64,000 bases of DNA, filler included, from Lenisia limosa (GCA_001655205.1; 14 parts of 14 records of this genome joined end to end with filler, not necessarily neighbours in it); one strand, 5' to 3'; positions 13,321 through 25,815 are shown, numbered from the whole stretch's first letter. Notes: generated from the letters alone by a model not told the origin. Numbers and translations are program-made.

Positions 13321-13432
13321 ACACAATCCATTGAGCGAAAACTAAAATAACAAAACCATAAAAACTCCCTATTTCTTAGAGACGGCCCCGAATCCGTATT
13401 AAATAAATGCTACTATAACAGACAAGTGGACA

Positions 13433-16400
13433 ATGGACGACGAAGATCTTGGAGAAAACCTGTTTTGGAAGACTCTTAACTCTAAGTTTAACGATGTCTG
13501 CTGGTAAAACTTGTTTTGTAATCATAAATGATTGGTCAAAGCAGCGGCATGTTCGATCAGACGTGCCTTTCTTCTCTTAACATTCCAAGGTTTTACAGTC
13601 ATGCAAACAGTCGAAAGGGGTGGTCTTCTGCCCAGCAAACGAAACTCTTTCTCCAAAGGCAATCAACCTGCAGTTTTGCTGTAAGTTGAGCACCCCACCT
13701 TCTGCAGTTTACCTAGGTGACTCTTGTAGTAACCCATGTTTGTACATTGTCACCCCTGGTGCCCTCGGCCTTTGTTTCCGCCTCCAAACGCCACTATACC
13801 CTGGGAGACGACGGCCTTCTTACCCTCTACAATGGTGTGTGTGTGGGGGGGGGGGGNNNNNNNNNNNNNNNNNNNNNNNNNNNNNNNNNNNNNNNNNNNT
13901 TTATTTGTTTTTGTTGATGTTTTCGCAAGACACTCGTTCAGTTCTTCCCATTTTGTTTTCTTTACCACATTGAATTGTTTGACTACTGGTTAGAAAAAGA
14001 ACCGCTATGCGCAGTGCATTCTTCCGAAAGTGTCATTGAAGGTGGTAAACAAGTTATTGAGGTATGCTATTTTTGGTGTTGCGAAAATATCTCACAGTGT
14101 ATGATCCTTAGATCACTATGAGGGTTTTAGCTAGAAAGTGGACATATTGCACAAGTGGCCTAACTCCCTCACGAGGTCAAAAATGTGTATCAAAATTTTT
14201 CTATGTATATTCTCGTATTTGTTAGATTAGATCTCTCTGCTATTTTTATTTCTATCAATACAGTAGAGATGAAAAATAAAAAAATCTGGTCAAAGCTGTC
14301 TACACCATCACGCTTATAAGAGATATTGGAAAGAATAAAATAGTATTAATTCACCCAATCTTTTACCTTTGTAACTCTGGGCACGTAGCTTTCTGCGTGC
14401 CTCGCCGTTCAAACATACATAGAATATTGTACATACCATATTACAGACGGATAATCATAAATGGTGATTGAGATATTATACCTGCTTTGGTTATAGTGCC
14501 TTCCCGTGTGTCAAATGCTTAGTCAGCAGAGTTGATTTCGGCACCCTTCCCCCATTTAGGTTCTCTTCATTGATCGACCCCTTTTCGGAGAGTCGGCTTT
14601 TGTTGACAACCCTCACGCCTTTACACCCCATCTCTGGCATGATTTCCCAAGGTATTCCAATGGACCCTTTGATGATTGTCGCTCTGTTGAAGCACTAACG
14701 GTTTAGACTAAAGATCTTCTTCGAAGGTGATGAGGACAATCGTGAGGCTCTAATGAGAGCAAGGTTTAGTATGCAAACTGTCATGTACGCTGGGCTCTAC
14801 TTGACAATATGATAACAATGCATCTCATGAGTATGGTTGTATGAATGGTTTAATTTTTGGATAAGACTTTTACTAACCTGAAATTGACCGAGTAGTGATG
14901 GCATTGAGAACCGCGGTATTGGTTTGGAAGAGGCCCACTCGATGATGGTGGAAGCCAGCGGAGTGTTGGCTGCGGTATGTAGTTACATAAATACTGATTT
15001 CGTTTGATTGTATTGGTTCTGTTAGAGCCAAACAAACTTACGAGAGTGAACAAAGAGCTCAAGTAAGGAGAATTATTGGGGCGCTAATATTTCAGGACTT
15101 GGTCCGCCTCAATGAGTCTTACCAGCCCGTCCCGGCATCAAGGCGATTAACGACTAACTTCTGTGTTGCAGTGGAAACGTGGGCACCTTCAAACATTGCG
15201 TTGTTTTTCTTTTTTTTATATAAGAAAACAAGCAAATATTATACATATTTTTTGTACACTGACAATGGTAATTCTTGACAATTTTTTTTTTTCTGAAGAA
15301 AATCTATCGGTCAGGACTTAACACAGAGTAAATATCTCTAAGGAAGAGAGTATTTTACAAATAGTATGTCGTATGATATACCATATCATATGTACGTGTG
15401 TATTTTTGCAGTTTTACTCCCGGGTCTGCACATTTCTAACATTCTTTTTTAGATACGTTCATGGATGTATTTCGGAAACAATATTTAGCCTTTGCAAACG
15501 CAAGTGCAAAGAAGAGGACCAAAAGTTACAAGAAAGGTGAGATGCGCCTTGCCTCGTCTTACCCCCGCAGAATGTTATACCTCAGTAGTGCACACCTATC
15601 GACCTTTGGCTTTAGTCTCCCCCTGGAGCCCGGACTGGAGTCGGCAACCGCGTGTCTGGCGGCGCTTTCGGACCAGGCGACCCCAGCATCTTCTCTGATG
15701 GTTTGGTGGATTCGACAGCCAGGTTTTGGGTATCGTATATTTATAGCTTGAGTGTCTTTGATGTTGCGTTACTTCAGTCCGAGAACGCTCGAGAGAAAAT
15801 CAGGCTTTTTGATTCTCACAAATTTCAGGTTATCAACAGTGCGGTATCACATTTAGAAGAGGCTGTGGCACGTGCTGACTCGTTGAGTGGTATGTGGCAA
15901 AGAAACTTTTGATGAATAATGTATTCTATTGTTGGCAGTTACAGTTTAGACACTCCCCGTCGCTTGACGGCCGATGATGCCATTCCCCTTATGGCTGCAG
16001 CTCTTTGTAGAACCCAAGTAAGGGGCGTCGTCATATAGTAGTATATATCATATGATATGTATATATACTACATATANNNNNNNNNNNNNNNNNNNNNNNN
16101 NNNNNNNNNNNNNNNNNNNNNNNNNNNNNNNNNNNNNNNNNGGCTAATTTCAAATGTACATATCTATATAGTATATCATATACTTTCTCGATATATAATG
16201 TACTATATCATATGTCCATATCCCATGGGTATGTCAAATAGCCAAATGTATATGATATAATATATTTACTATGTTTTAAAAACCGTATTTTTGCCTGGAA
16301 AAAAGTATTGAGCCTACCAATCTTTCAGAAATATTGGTCTTAACATTGAAAGGTTCAAAAATTCATTGAAGATCCCTTGACTATTGTTGATAATCAGATC

Positions 16401-17630
16401 CGTGAGATTAATGAGGCCAATTTATCTCGCCTACTTTACTACATTTTTAGACCATAAATCAGGAATTTTGACAAAATATACATGTACATAGATATGTATA
16501 ATTTGTGTATATAATGGGGGTATGTCATATTTGACCTTGTATATAATGTATTATCAATATTTCAATGGGGTATNNNNNNNNNNNNNNNNNNNNNNNNNNN
16601 NNNNNNNNNNNNNNNNNNNNNNNNNNNNNNNNNNNNNNNNNNNNNNNNNNNNNNNNNNNNNNNNNNNNNNNNNNNNNNNNNNNNNNNNATTGGGCCATAT
16701 TATGATTACGTTCACTCTGTAGCCGGACAGTCTTTGCAGTACTATGGAGCTCCTACGAGTTTGTGTGCCGGAGGGGTTGCACCATAGTGAGCTGGCGTAC
16801 CACTTGGTGACTGCCAATGCTGCGATAGCGTTGATCAACGAGAGTCACATGGACCAATTCCTGAAAGAGCCTGTAGGCGCTCTATCGTCTGACTGAGCAT
16901 TAAACTCCTCGTCTTCATTCCGTGTTCTATCCTGACGTTTCAGTCGGAGCCTTCGGACCGAATAACAAAAGCGGACAAGACGTTTATACTGGAATCGGTC
17001 CTCCCCACGGCCGCTTCGGTGCCGCGAAGGCCGCCTACAATGCGTTGGGGGGGGGGGGNNNNNNNNNNNNNNNNNNNNNNNNNNNNNNNNNNNNNNNNNN
17101 NNNNNNNNNNNNNNNNNNNNNNNNNNNNNNNNNNNNNNNNNNNNNNNNNNNNNNNNNNNNNNNNNNNGCCCCCAGCGTTGGCTGCTATCAAGTCCAGACC
17201 TTCCCTTCAACACAAGCCGCCAGCTACAAACACCACTAGTTTGCTAAGGAGTGGAATTGCTTTTCTCTGACCTACTAGGAAGTCCGCGGCAGAGCCACAG
17301 TCGATCAAAATCCTCTGTCACACCCCGCAGCCAAGCTATCCGGTCGTCATCCTTCCACAGCGATCTCTCTCATCTGTCTTTGGAAGACACAATACCAACG
17401 AGTACCTCTTTTCACAGTTCCTTAAACCAGGTTGGACAGACCCCTCTCCGTTATTTCCGTCTCGTTTTATGCTGTCTTTTTGTTTTGTTAAAAACTCTCA
17501 CCTCCCACAGGAAGCAAGTGTATCATGGACACAGCTCTATTATCAGCAAACAGGATTCCCGGCAGTGACCCCAGGCGAAGGAAAGTTCTTCAAGAACAAG
17601 AGCGACATTGACTCCTTCTTTGGTGATTAA
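13433..17630 (+). CDS. VPS9-domain Rab5-family GEF, VARP/ANKRD27-like N-terminal region
   Basis: Exons MDDEDLGENLFWKTLNSK, VVFCPANETL, VLFIDRPL, AVET|YTFMDVFRKQY, RLTADDAIPLMAAALCRTQ|PDSLCSTMELLRVCVPEGLHHSELAYHLVTANAAIALI (VPS9 ADD motif and terminal helix); stop TAA at 17628-17630. Confidence 0.85.
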
Positions 17631-18191
17631 TCATGGTAATTCTCTTTTGTTTCCCCGTAACACTGTATTGGATTGTCTCCCATGCAGCTCTTTCCTTTTC
17701 GCAGAAGAAATATTCCTTTATTGTACTGTTAGTCTGTTAGTTGATAATCTATCCGAAATAATAGTAGACCACCGGTGTATTAGTAATGAATAGAAAATCA
17801 CTCTCTCAGCACACAGGCACACTACTAAGGACTTGGCAGCAAACATCATTGTGGCAAAGCCTTCTTGGAATCCTATTGCAATCAACGTATCATTACATCA
17901 ACTATTTATTTAAAGCAGCCAACATGGCAAACAAGATGTCGCATAGGGAAGGAACATATCGCATCCCCTAGCCGGGTCGCATAACCATTGCATAACCATA
18001 ACTTATTCCTCCATCATATTCCATGATCAAGAGTACCAGGAGTAATCAATCCGTGTAAAATTGGTGTTGAAAAAAAATTCAAACAAAATTATTTATGGCC
18101 ATGGCCATTGAGATGTGAAAACAAGATCAGTAGTTGATCATCAAGATCACCTCTTTTTAAGTGGATTGGGCCCAAACAAAAGCCTTTCAAA

Positions 18192-19699
18192 ATGGATCAA
18201 GGAGGAGGTATGTTAAATATAGAAAGCAATTTGTTAAATTCTTTTAGATGTTCGCCTGAGCAGGGAAGAAATTCGAAAGCAGCGGGAACTGGAGGAAGCT
18301 AGGTAAGCCTTCTCCGTTGTTCCTGCATCTTATTTATCCTTTCAGAAAGGCAGGAACCGCTCCTGCAGCTCGTGATGAAGATGGCAACGAAATCAACCCA
18401 CATATTCCCACCTATATCTCCAAAGTCCCATGTAAGCTAGCTACATAAATTATTTCAGAAATAAATATACATAATAGAAGATACATAAATCCATATATGT
18501 TATGGGGATAATGTGAAATAGGCAAACATAGAGTTACATTCTCATCCCAGATGTTTTGCTAACCCTGTAGTCTTCTACAAGACCGGTAGCAACACTTTGA
18601 AACATCAAAGAGTCCTCAATGAGAAGAAGTTCGATGATAAAGAGACGATTACAAAACTCCACCCCAAGGGATTAAAAAAGGTTTGGAATACATGTTCTGA
18701 ATTCCTGCTGACTGCTTAGGACTTGAAGGTTAAGTTCAAGAAGGGTGCCTGTGATAACTGCGGTTCAATGACACATAAAGCAAGGGTTGGTGGAGGTGTA
18801 TTAGAGGTTCTGCGAAAAAAAACTTGCTTCCGGAAACTTTGTGGGAAGTAAAAACTTTCCGCTTCCGAAGTCTCAGAAAAGCTGATTTTGAAAACAAGTT
18901 TTTTTTGGCAACTTTCTCCTCCTCGGATTGTCCTCGGATGTATTAGAGTTGTCCCTTCTTCTTCTCCAATTCCTTTCCAATAATCAATATTTGTTACTGG
19001 ATAGCAAATATATTGTATGTTGTACATATCATATGTTTTATAGCTAGCCTACTGTCAAGATATCTACTCTCCTCTTCTTACAAGTCTTTATTCGCGTACA
19101 AGTCTTTATTGGCGGAAAATTAATTCTCATCTTGTATCCAGGAAAATCTGGGAGGAATCTTCGTATAACCTAAACTCCAAAAACCAGCCAGAAAACGTTC
19201 CAAAAAAAACTTGCAAAAAGTTTACGGGACAGTTTTTTTTTCGCAGAACGTCATTTATTACATCCACATTTTCAGCATCGTCAACTTATGTTTTTGTTTT
19301 GTTTTTCTTGTTAGTTCTTGTTCATTTCTTATTCTATTACTGGTTGACAAACGTCATAACCCCTTAGGACTGCTGTGAACGACCAAGAGCAAAGAAGGCG
19401 AAATACACACATGAAAACTTAGCTGTAGGCTTGGTGGCCCAGAATAGGATAAAGAATATCTTAAACCTAGTCCTCCTCTCTTTCACTTATCAATACTTAA
19501 ATATGGATATAAATATCTGGGTTTTACGTTGTAGTCTGACGAGTTCATTGTTCCGAAGAGGAATCTTTCGTTCGACGCCAAAAGAGACAGGTGGCACAAC
19601 TACAATCCTGAATCTCATAAGTATGTTGTCCAGCAGCACGAAGAAGTCGAGGCTGAGAGACATCGTATCAAGACCGAAGAGTTTGACAAGATGAGTGAT
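18192..19699 (+). CDS. SLU7: Pre-mRNA splicing factor Slu7 (5' part, truncated by contig end)
   Basis: [16 protein letters not shown]|[28 protein letters not shown], zinc knuckle [15 protein letters not shown]|[24 protein letters not shown]. Confidence 0.97.
18805..19252. mobile_element. ~450-nt foldback/MITE-like insertion in the SLU7 intron that splits the zinc knuckle
   Basis: GTTCTGCGAAAAAAAACT at ~18807 and its reverse complement GTTTTTTTTTCGCAGAAC at ~19232-19250; further imperfect inverted blocks (CAAGTTTTTTTTGG / CCAAAAAAAACTTG). Confidence 0.6.
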
Positions 19700-20370
19700 G
19701 TGAGTGGATAACTGTATGTTAACACCCGCGCTTTTCTCAAACATTTAATACTCTGAAATTTTCTTTAAATGTTCCCCCCCCCCCCCNNNNNNNNNNNNNN
19801 NNNNNNNNNNNNNNNNNNNNNNNNNNNNNNTTAATTAATTAANNNNNNNNNNNNNNNNNNNNNNNNNNNNNNNNNNNNNNNNNNNNAGCACGATAGCCAC
19901 ACATTAAAGGCAAAAGTTCAGTTCAGTTCCGTTCCATGAATTGACAAAAAAAATTATTTTAGCTCTGTGGTATGGCTTTATTTTGCTGTTTAAATTGTAA
20001 AATTTGGTGTTTATAGGGATTATTTATCGTTAAGTTTTATGTCTACACTTACTTGCTATAAAATAGTGTAATCAAAATTCGCACTCAGGTTGGAATTCGC
20101 ACTCAGGGGGGTCGCCTTATGTACATATTTAGTAGTGTACATGTATATAGTAGTATATGTTTCTTGATTTAGCTTCATTTGTGGTTAACACGTTGCACAC
20201 ATCTAAGACGCTGTGTTGCGTTTGTCGCACTTACCTTACGTTGTTGTGATCATCATATACCTGCGTCACAGTGATATTATATTTTGTTGGGATCCCAAAA
20301 GGGCGTTTTCTCTTAAAATAATACCCTCGTTATAGATAATTTCTCTGAAATATGTCCTAACCATCAATAG

Positions 20371-21615
20371 GACTGGATCTAGGCCTGGAGAAATTCAGCA
20401 CTCCCATTGGACTTGGTAGGAATCACGCATGTTACTCAGTCGTTTCATCGGAATTTGATATACTCGTTTTGTCCCCTGTTCCGATTTCTGACGAAGCAGA
20501 AATGGACCTCAACCTTGATATGGGCCGAATCAACAATGACGACCCCGTCATGTTTGAAGATGAATGTTTGGGGCTGAATATAGCGAGTTGAATACGGGGG
20601 TACCGGTTCGGTTTGGACTTGAGCTTACTGGATGTGGCGCGAGTGCCTTACGTGATTGAATAATTTGCACTCGTTCACAATTAGACTGGGTATCTCTACA
20701 TTTTAACTTGTGAACTGATATTCCGATTTCATCTTAATATATACAAGCATTGACTTGCGCATTAATCCAAACTCTCAGCCTTGCTTAATATTGAATTGCA
20801 CCCTCTCTTCTTTACTCACCAATCCAGCCCCGAATCCTGTGGACCTCACAAACCCCTATAGGTGGGCTGGAAAACTGTGTGAACTCTTCAGTCCTTCAGT
20901 GAAATATGAGTAAAATAAAAACTATTTTCTGATATATTTTTCAGAGATATTTACATAATGTAGTACATTTTACGAGATCTCCAGATTACCTTTTCTGCCT
21001 CTATTCATTCCATAATGCTGTGAATGACAAAGTACTTATTTTGTCACTGTGTCAGATAAACGTATTTGCGCTATATCCCAAATCACACACTCCCACCCAC
21101 TAACTTGCACTTACGTTGCATTTTTATTAGAGATTCTAGTACTTTGCATCAAAAGAAAAACTATATCAAAACCCTTTCATAAACGAAGAAAATTCTTAGA
21201 TTGCTTATTTATTCCACCCTAAATTAACTCTCGTTTGTTAAGAGCTGCAATGATAGCTTGCACAACGTAAAAGATGACATGTAAAAACTTCAAAACGAAA
21301 GGTAAAATTTTCCAATTATACCCCCCTCCCCCAGCATGTTGAACCAGATGGAGGAGGTTCCTGCCAACCTCCGACTTAACGATAGTGACGAAGAGGAGTA
21401 TGACGACATATACGAGTTTGATATGGAGAGCGTGGTAGGGGGGGGGGGGCATAGAATTGATAAATCAAACAGATAGTATATATATCACATACATTATATC
21501 ATATCATGTGTTGTTATACTTTTTTATTTTGTTTTGGCTTTTATCCTTTTAGTATTCCGAGACCAACGATCCGCTCTTTGCCGACTTCAGTGGCGGGGAA
21601 ACACCGGGTAGCGAG
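20371..21615 (+). CDS. Multi-exon hypothetical acidic protein (partial)
   Basis: Exon-like reads MDLNLDMGRINNDDPVMFEDE, MLNQMEEVPANLRLNDSDEEEYDDIYEFDMESV and YSETNDPLFADFSGGETPGSE bounded by AG/GT. Confidence 0.5.
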
Positions 21616-22054
21616 GTGGGGGTTTCTGTAATACCGCACTGTCATTTTATGTTTAAGCTCCAAAACAACCTTAGTTTAAGAGGGAGTCCCCNNNNNNNNN
21701 NNNNNNNNNNNNNNNNNNNNNNNNNNNNNNNNNNNTTAATTAATTAANNNNNNNNNNNNNNNNNNNNNNNNNNNNNNNNNNNNNNNNNNNNAAAATGGGA
21801 ATTTATAAAAAATCGGGTAAAATCGGGTTTAGTGTCGGTAGCATATCATATACATAATTTAGTATAATATACTATATAGTATATGACATAGTACTATATA
21901 TTATATTCTGATGAATAAACTTCTATCTTCTTCCCCATTTCTGCTGGATTAATCACGAAATATTTTCCATTTTTGGGGTTGCAAAAAAAAAATTCTATTG
22001 TCATTGAAATTATAACGGAATGAACAACTCTACTTTTGTCGGGTTCCAAGCTCC

Positions 22055-23560
22055 TTATTCTTCTTCGATTTCTTCATCCGAATACTCGGCCTCAACGTCA
22101 GCGTTGGAGAGGGCAACATGAACCATTTTCATCGCTTGAAGATAGGTCTATATGAGTGAGTAATAAATAATTGGATTCATGACTCTGATTTCAAAGAAAC
22201 AAAAAGAAACCCGAAAAACTCCCCCTTTTTCACAGGAAAAATAATATTGCCATTATCGATGACAAAGATTAGGAGTAAAATCATTAGAGCGTATAATGTC
22301 AAGAAAAAAACCCCACAAACACGAACAGGAAGAAGACCTGAATTTCCACAGTAGTCATGGATGGACTAAGACTTGTGGGTGAGGCGCTTCTTGCGGTGGG
22401 CCTTGCGAGAGTCTTGACTCGGTCAGGAAGTACTCACGATCGATGAAGTAGGCGGTCATCGCAGCCTCGTTCGCGTTGATGTTGAGGTCTACACATGTCA
22501 AAGTTGTTTAATAGTTTTTAGGTATTATCATATGTAAGATAAAAATGAGAAAAAAAAAATCAAAAATGAAAAATATCATATATATAATATCATCTAGTGG
22601 AGTTGAAAAATCCAGGCAAAAATAATAATAAAAAAGTTATCAGATAGTGCCATTTTCTCTCTTACAAAAGAGACCGACCAACCCGAAAGAAGTGCACCGA
22701 AGAACTTCTCGCCCCAGTTGATTAGACCAAAGGTCAAGATGACACCTCTAGGTGATACTTCGCGTGGAGATGCTTAGCGATGAACTTGAGAATCTGAGCG
22801 AAATAAGATGATGTAGAGAAAAAAAAGAAAGAAAAAAAAAAGAATCTAATACCCACTTGGCAGGCTCGATATTGTTTGTGTTTAGCCCATGAACATAAAG
22901 AGACGCCGTCTCAGCAAACCCCCATTTCTAAGTAGAGAGAATAAGACAACGAGTTAACTGGAGAAAAGTCTTGATTTCAAACCCACAAATCGAGAAGAAC
23001 TCGAAAAGGATGGGGAGAACGGTCACAGGAAGAAGAAGAAACTGCTGCTTCTGGTGATTGAGGAGGCAAAAATCAACCTCTTGCCGTTCTTCTTGTGGGT
23101 GCCAGTGAGGTGGGAAGGGATCTCAGAGAAGCAAATCATGGAGAACTTGACGTCACCCTTGGCGTCCTTGTAGATTCTCGAAGACCTTCTGGAACCAATT
23201 TCCAAGGGTCTTTTCTGAACAATTAGAATATTTCACGGCCAAAGTAGAAGAAAAAATATCCCCAAAAAACTACAATTCCAAAAGGCATACTTTTCTTCTT
23301 GATGTCGGTGTTCTTGGCTTCTTGATGTTGCGAGCACCATGCTGGATGCAGAGAAGCTCCTGGAGTCAGTGATACTGTTCTCCTGGTAGACGGTACGGAC
23401 AATAGCCTCAACGTGAGCAAAAGAGCCGGAGTCATTGTCATGGAGCTTGAGGTTATTGTTTTATTGATACGAACAGAATAAATATGCCAATAAAAAAACA
23501 CAATCAACTTGTTCTCGCTTTCACACCTTGGAGTAGTGCGTGTCAGTGCTGCAAGGTTAA
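22055..23560 (-). mobile_element. Intron-containing Mutator-like (MULE) DDE transposase, C-terminal part, with apparent 1-nt frameshifts
   Basis: KLHDNDSGSFAHVEAIVRTVY, ELLCIQHGARNIKK (CxxH), IPSHLTGTH, YVHGLNTNNIEPA|NAQILKFIAK...LTFGLINWG (TNxxExxN catalytic-Glu region). GT-AG introns separate several blocks. The family call is by recalled motif pattern. Confidence 0.55.
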
Positions 23561-24228
23561 TAACTGTGGCAAACATCGCCCCCCCCCCCTCCCAAGTCAA
23601 AAATTAATATAAAAAAATTGTAAATTAAGNNNNNNNNNNNNNNNNNNNNNNNNNNNNNNNNNNNNNNNNNNNNTTAATTAATTAANNNNNNNNNNNNNNN
23701 NNNNNNNNNNNNNNNNNNNNNNNNNNNNNTCTGTGGCAGAACTTATCGCGGCCATTATGGGATTTTTACAACAACATTTAGGGGTTCCCGTTTCCTAATC
23801 ACTCCCCATCCCTCTCCCAATACCCTCACCTTCTCTATCCCATCCTCCCACTATTGCTATGTTAAAATCTAAAAATTCACCCATCCTCCCACTATTGTTT
23901 TCAAAGATCTCGATGGGCTGAAAGGGCGACTCTTTGTCCACCCCCGACATCTGGACAAAGTCAACCTCTTGGGATAACTATACACGGTGCCTATATAACA
24001 GCACGAAATTAACTTTGGCATTAAAAAAAGAAAATGAAAATTGAGTTGGTGAGGTTATTGGGTGACGACACTGCCGTTTCACTGTGAGGAAAAAGAGGCA
24101 AACCGAATGTGGGGAGTGAGTCAAGAGTGATCGAGATGTGATAGACACAACCAAAACAAATATGGACAAATTTCGATTTTAACAAGTACATTCTTACTAC
24201 ATCCTTCCTATTTCCAATTGCCCCACAG

Positions 24229-25139
24229 GCAGAGATAGTCCACAACACCTTATTTCGTTCTTGAGGTTTGGGCAATAGTTCGGGTCTGCCTTACCTTCGT
24301 TTTCTTGAACTGGTTACTTCTGTCACAAGGGATGAGAAGAGGATAATGGATTCACAAAAGGGGTATAATGAAATGGTCCAAATATACAGAACTCTTGGAT
24401 ACAAAGCCACCGATCAAGGGGAGATTTTGGGGAGTCCAGAAGTGCAAGTGCAAGCCCCAGCGCCTCTCTTTTTGTTCCCTCGCTATCTCACTGTCAAAAT
24501 TTGTATAAAGGTCAATAGTATTCATTTTACCGACGATACCCACGAACATACACGGTCACGCCGTTTCCTGTTGTCTGATCAACTTACACGGTGTTCTGCA
24601 CCGAGGAGGTTCTGCACAAGAGCCCCTGAGTAAAGGTGGCAACAGGATGATACTCTACTTCTGGACTGATTTGAGATAATTGTGCTCTGTTTATAAGAGT
24701 GGTGGACGGTTTTGGTCATATTCCTTTTGTATTTATCATCTCCATCTAGCTAGAATATATTATGTTGTTTATCATACCTCTTTAATTCCCTTCTTCGTTT
24801 CCATTGGTACCCATGGATTCATCGAAAATTCAGGCTGGTATGGGAAAAAGAACTGCAAGTGAAACGTTCCCATCATTTATCTTTCTCACCTCTAAGGGGT
24901 GGGTGCCAGACGTTTCGTTGTCAAATGTCAAACCAGTATGTGGGGCAGTTATGGTACATAGACAAGTTTCTGTATACCCCCAGTAATATTATTCTTCTTC
25001 GAAATTTCCTTCATTTTACACCCCAGTCAGAGAGATAGCCTCTTTGGCGGCACAGGCCCCCCGGCCGACTTCAACCAGGAGTACGCTGTGCAGGACAACG
25101 ACAGCATCATCCTGGAGATGTCGGAGAAGGTCGACAGGT
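24229..25139 (+). CDS. Probable multi-exon hypothetical protein (fragment)
   Basis: GC-rich exon-like read LFGGTGPPADFNQEYAVQDNDSIILEMSEKVD followed by a GT donor; other candidate exons FVSIGTHGFIENSG and GWVPDVSLSNVKPVCGAVM. Splicing not resolved. Confidence 0.35.
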
Positions 25140-25230
25140 NNNNNNNNNNNNNNNNNNNNNNNNNNNNNNNNNNNNNNNNNNNNNNNNNNNNNNNNNNNNN
25201 NNNNNNNNNNNNNNNNNNNNNNNNNNNCTA

Positions 25231-25271
25231 CAGTGACTGGGATAAGTCTTGATCGGTCAAGACTGTCACTG
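25231..25271. mobile_element. Miniature Tc1/mariner-like MITE (family D), 41 nt
   Basis: TA|CAGTGAC...GTCACTG|TA with an internal AGTCTTGA/TCAAGACT palindrome. Confidence 0.75.
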
Positions 25272-25719
25272 TACAAATATAATAGATACTATATGTATTA
25301 TATACTATTTATCATTTAGTATGATATATTAATTATATAGTATAGAGCGTGTAGTATATATATATATATAGAACCAAAAGGGAGGCTCCCATAATTATCT
25401 TGAGTTATTTGAATTTGGATCCCTCACTCCTTCTCAAATTTTGCTAGATTTCACCACGTTGTTGCTTATTTTATTGCACAATTATTATTGTTAAAAGTCA
25501 GAGTTAATCATGCAATCTCCCGCTTTAATCACACCTGTTCCCTTTTTATCACCCTTGTTCCCTTTTGAATCGCATTTGTTTCTCCTTTTAAGCGCACCAA
25601 ATGGAAATGTAGAGATAACAGAAAAACACATAAGGATGTCACACACTTCTCATCTTCCAGCTGACAACCACTATCAACAGTGAGATCAAGGATCACAACA
25701 CAATACTCGACTCTTTGGT

Positions 25720-25815
25720 AAGGGGTCTTCACTTTCAGTCAGTCTGATGAAATGTCAATATTTTTCGAGGATTTATCGAGAATCACCCTGTTTTGGAACC
25801 GAAAGTGAAGCCCTA
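25720..25815. mobile_element. hAT-like MITE family B, degenerate copy. Further degenerate or partial copies at ~7077-7170, 27887-27991, 37255-37354, 39421-39488, 45413-45440, 62680-62718, 63301-63399
   Basis: Ends in GGAACCGAAAGTGAAGCCCTA; the other copies share the GGGCTTCACTTCGG / CCGAAGTGAAGCCC arms. Confidence 0.7.

Noticed and set aside
17786-18050. Small gene between the VPS9 gene and SLU7
   Set aside because: The composition is somewhat coding-like, but no frame on either strand gave a recognisable or consistently spliceable product.
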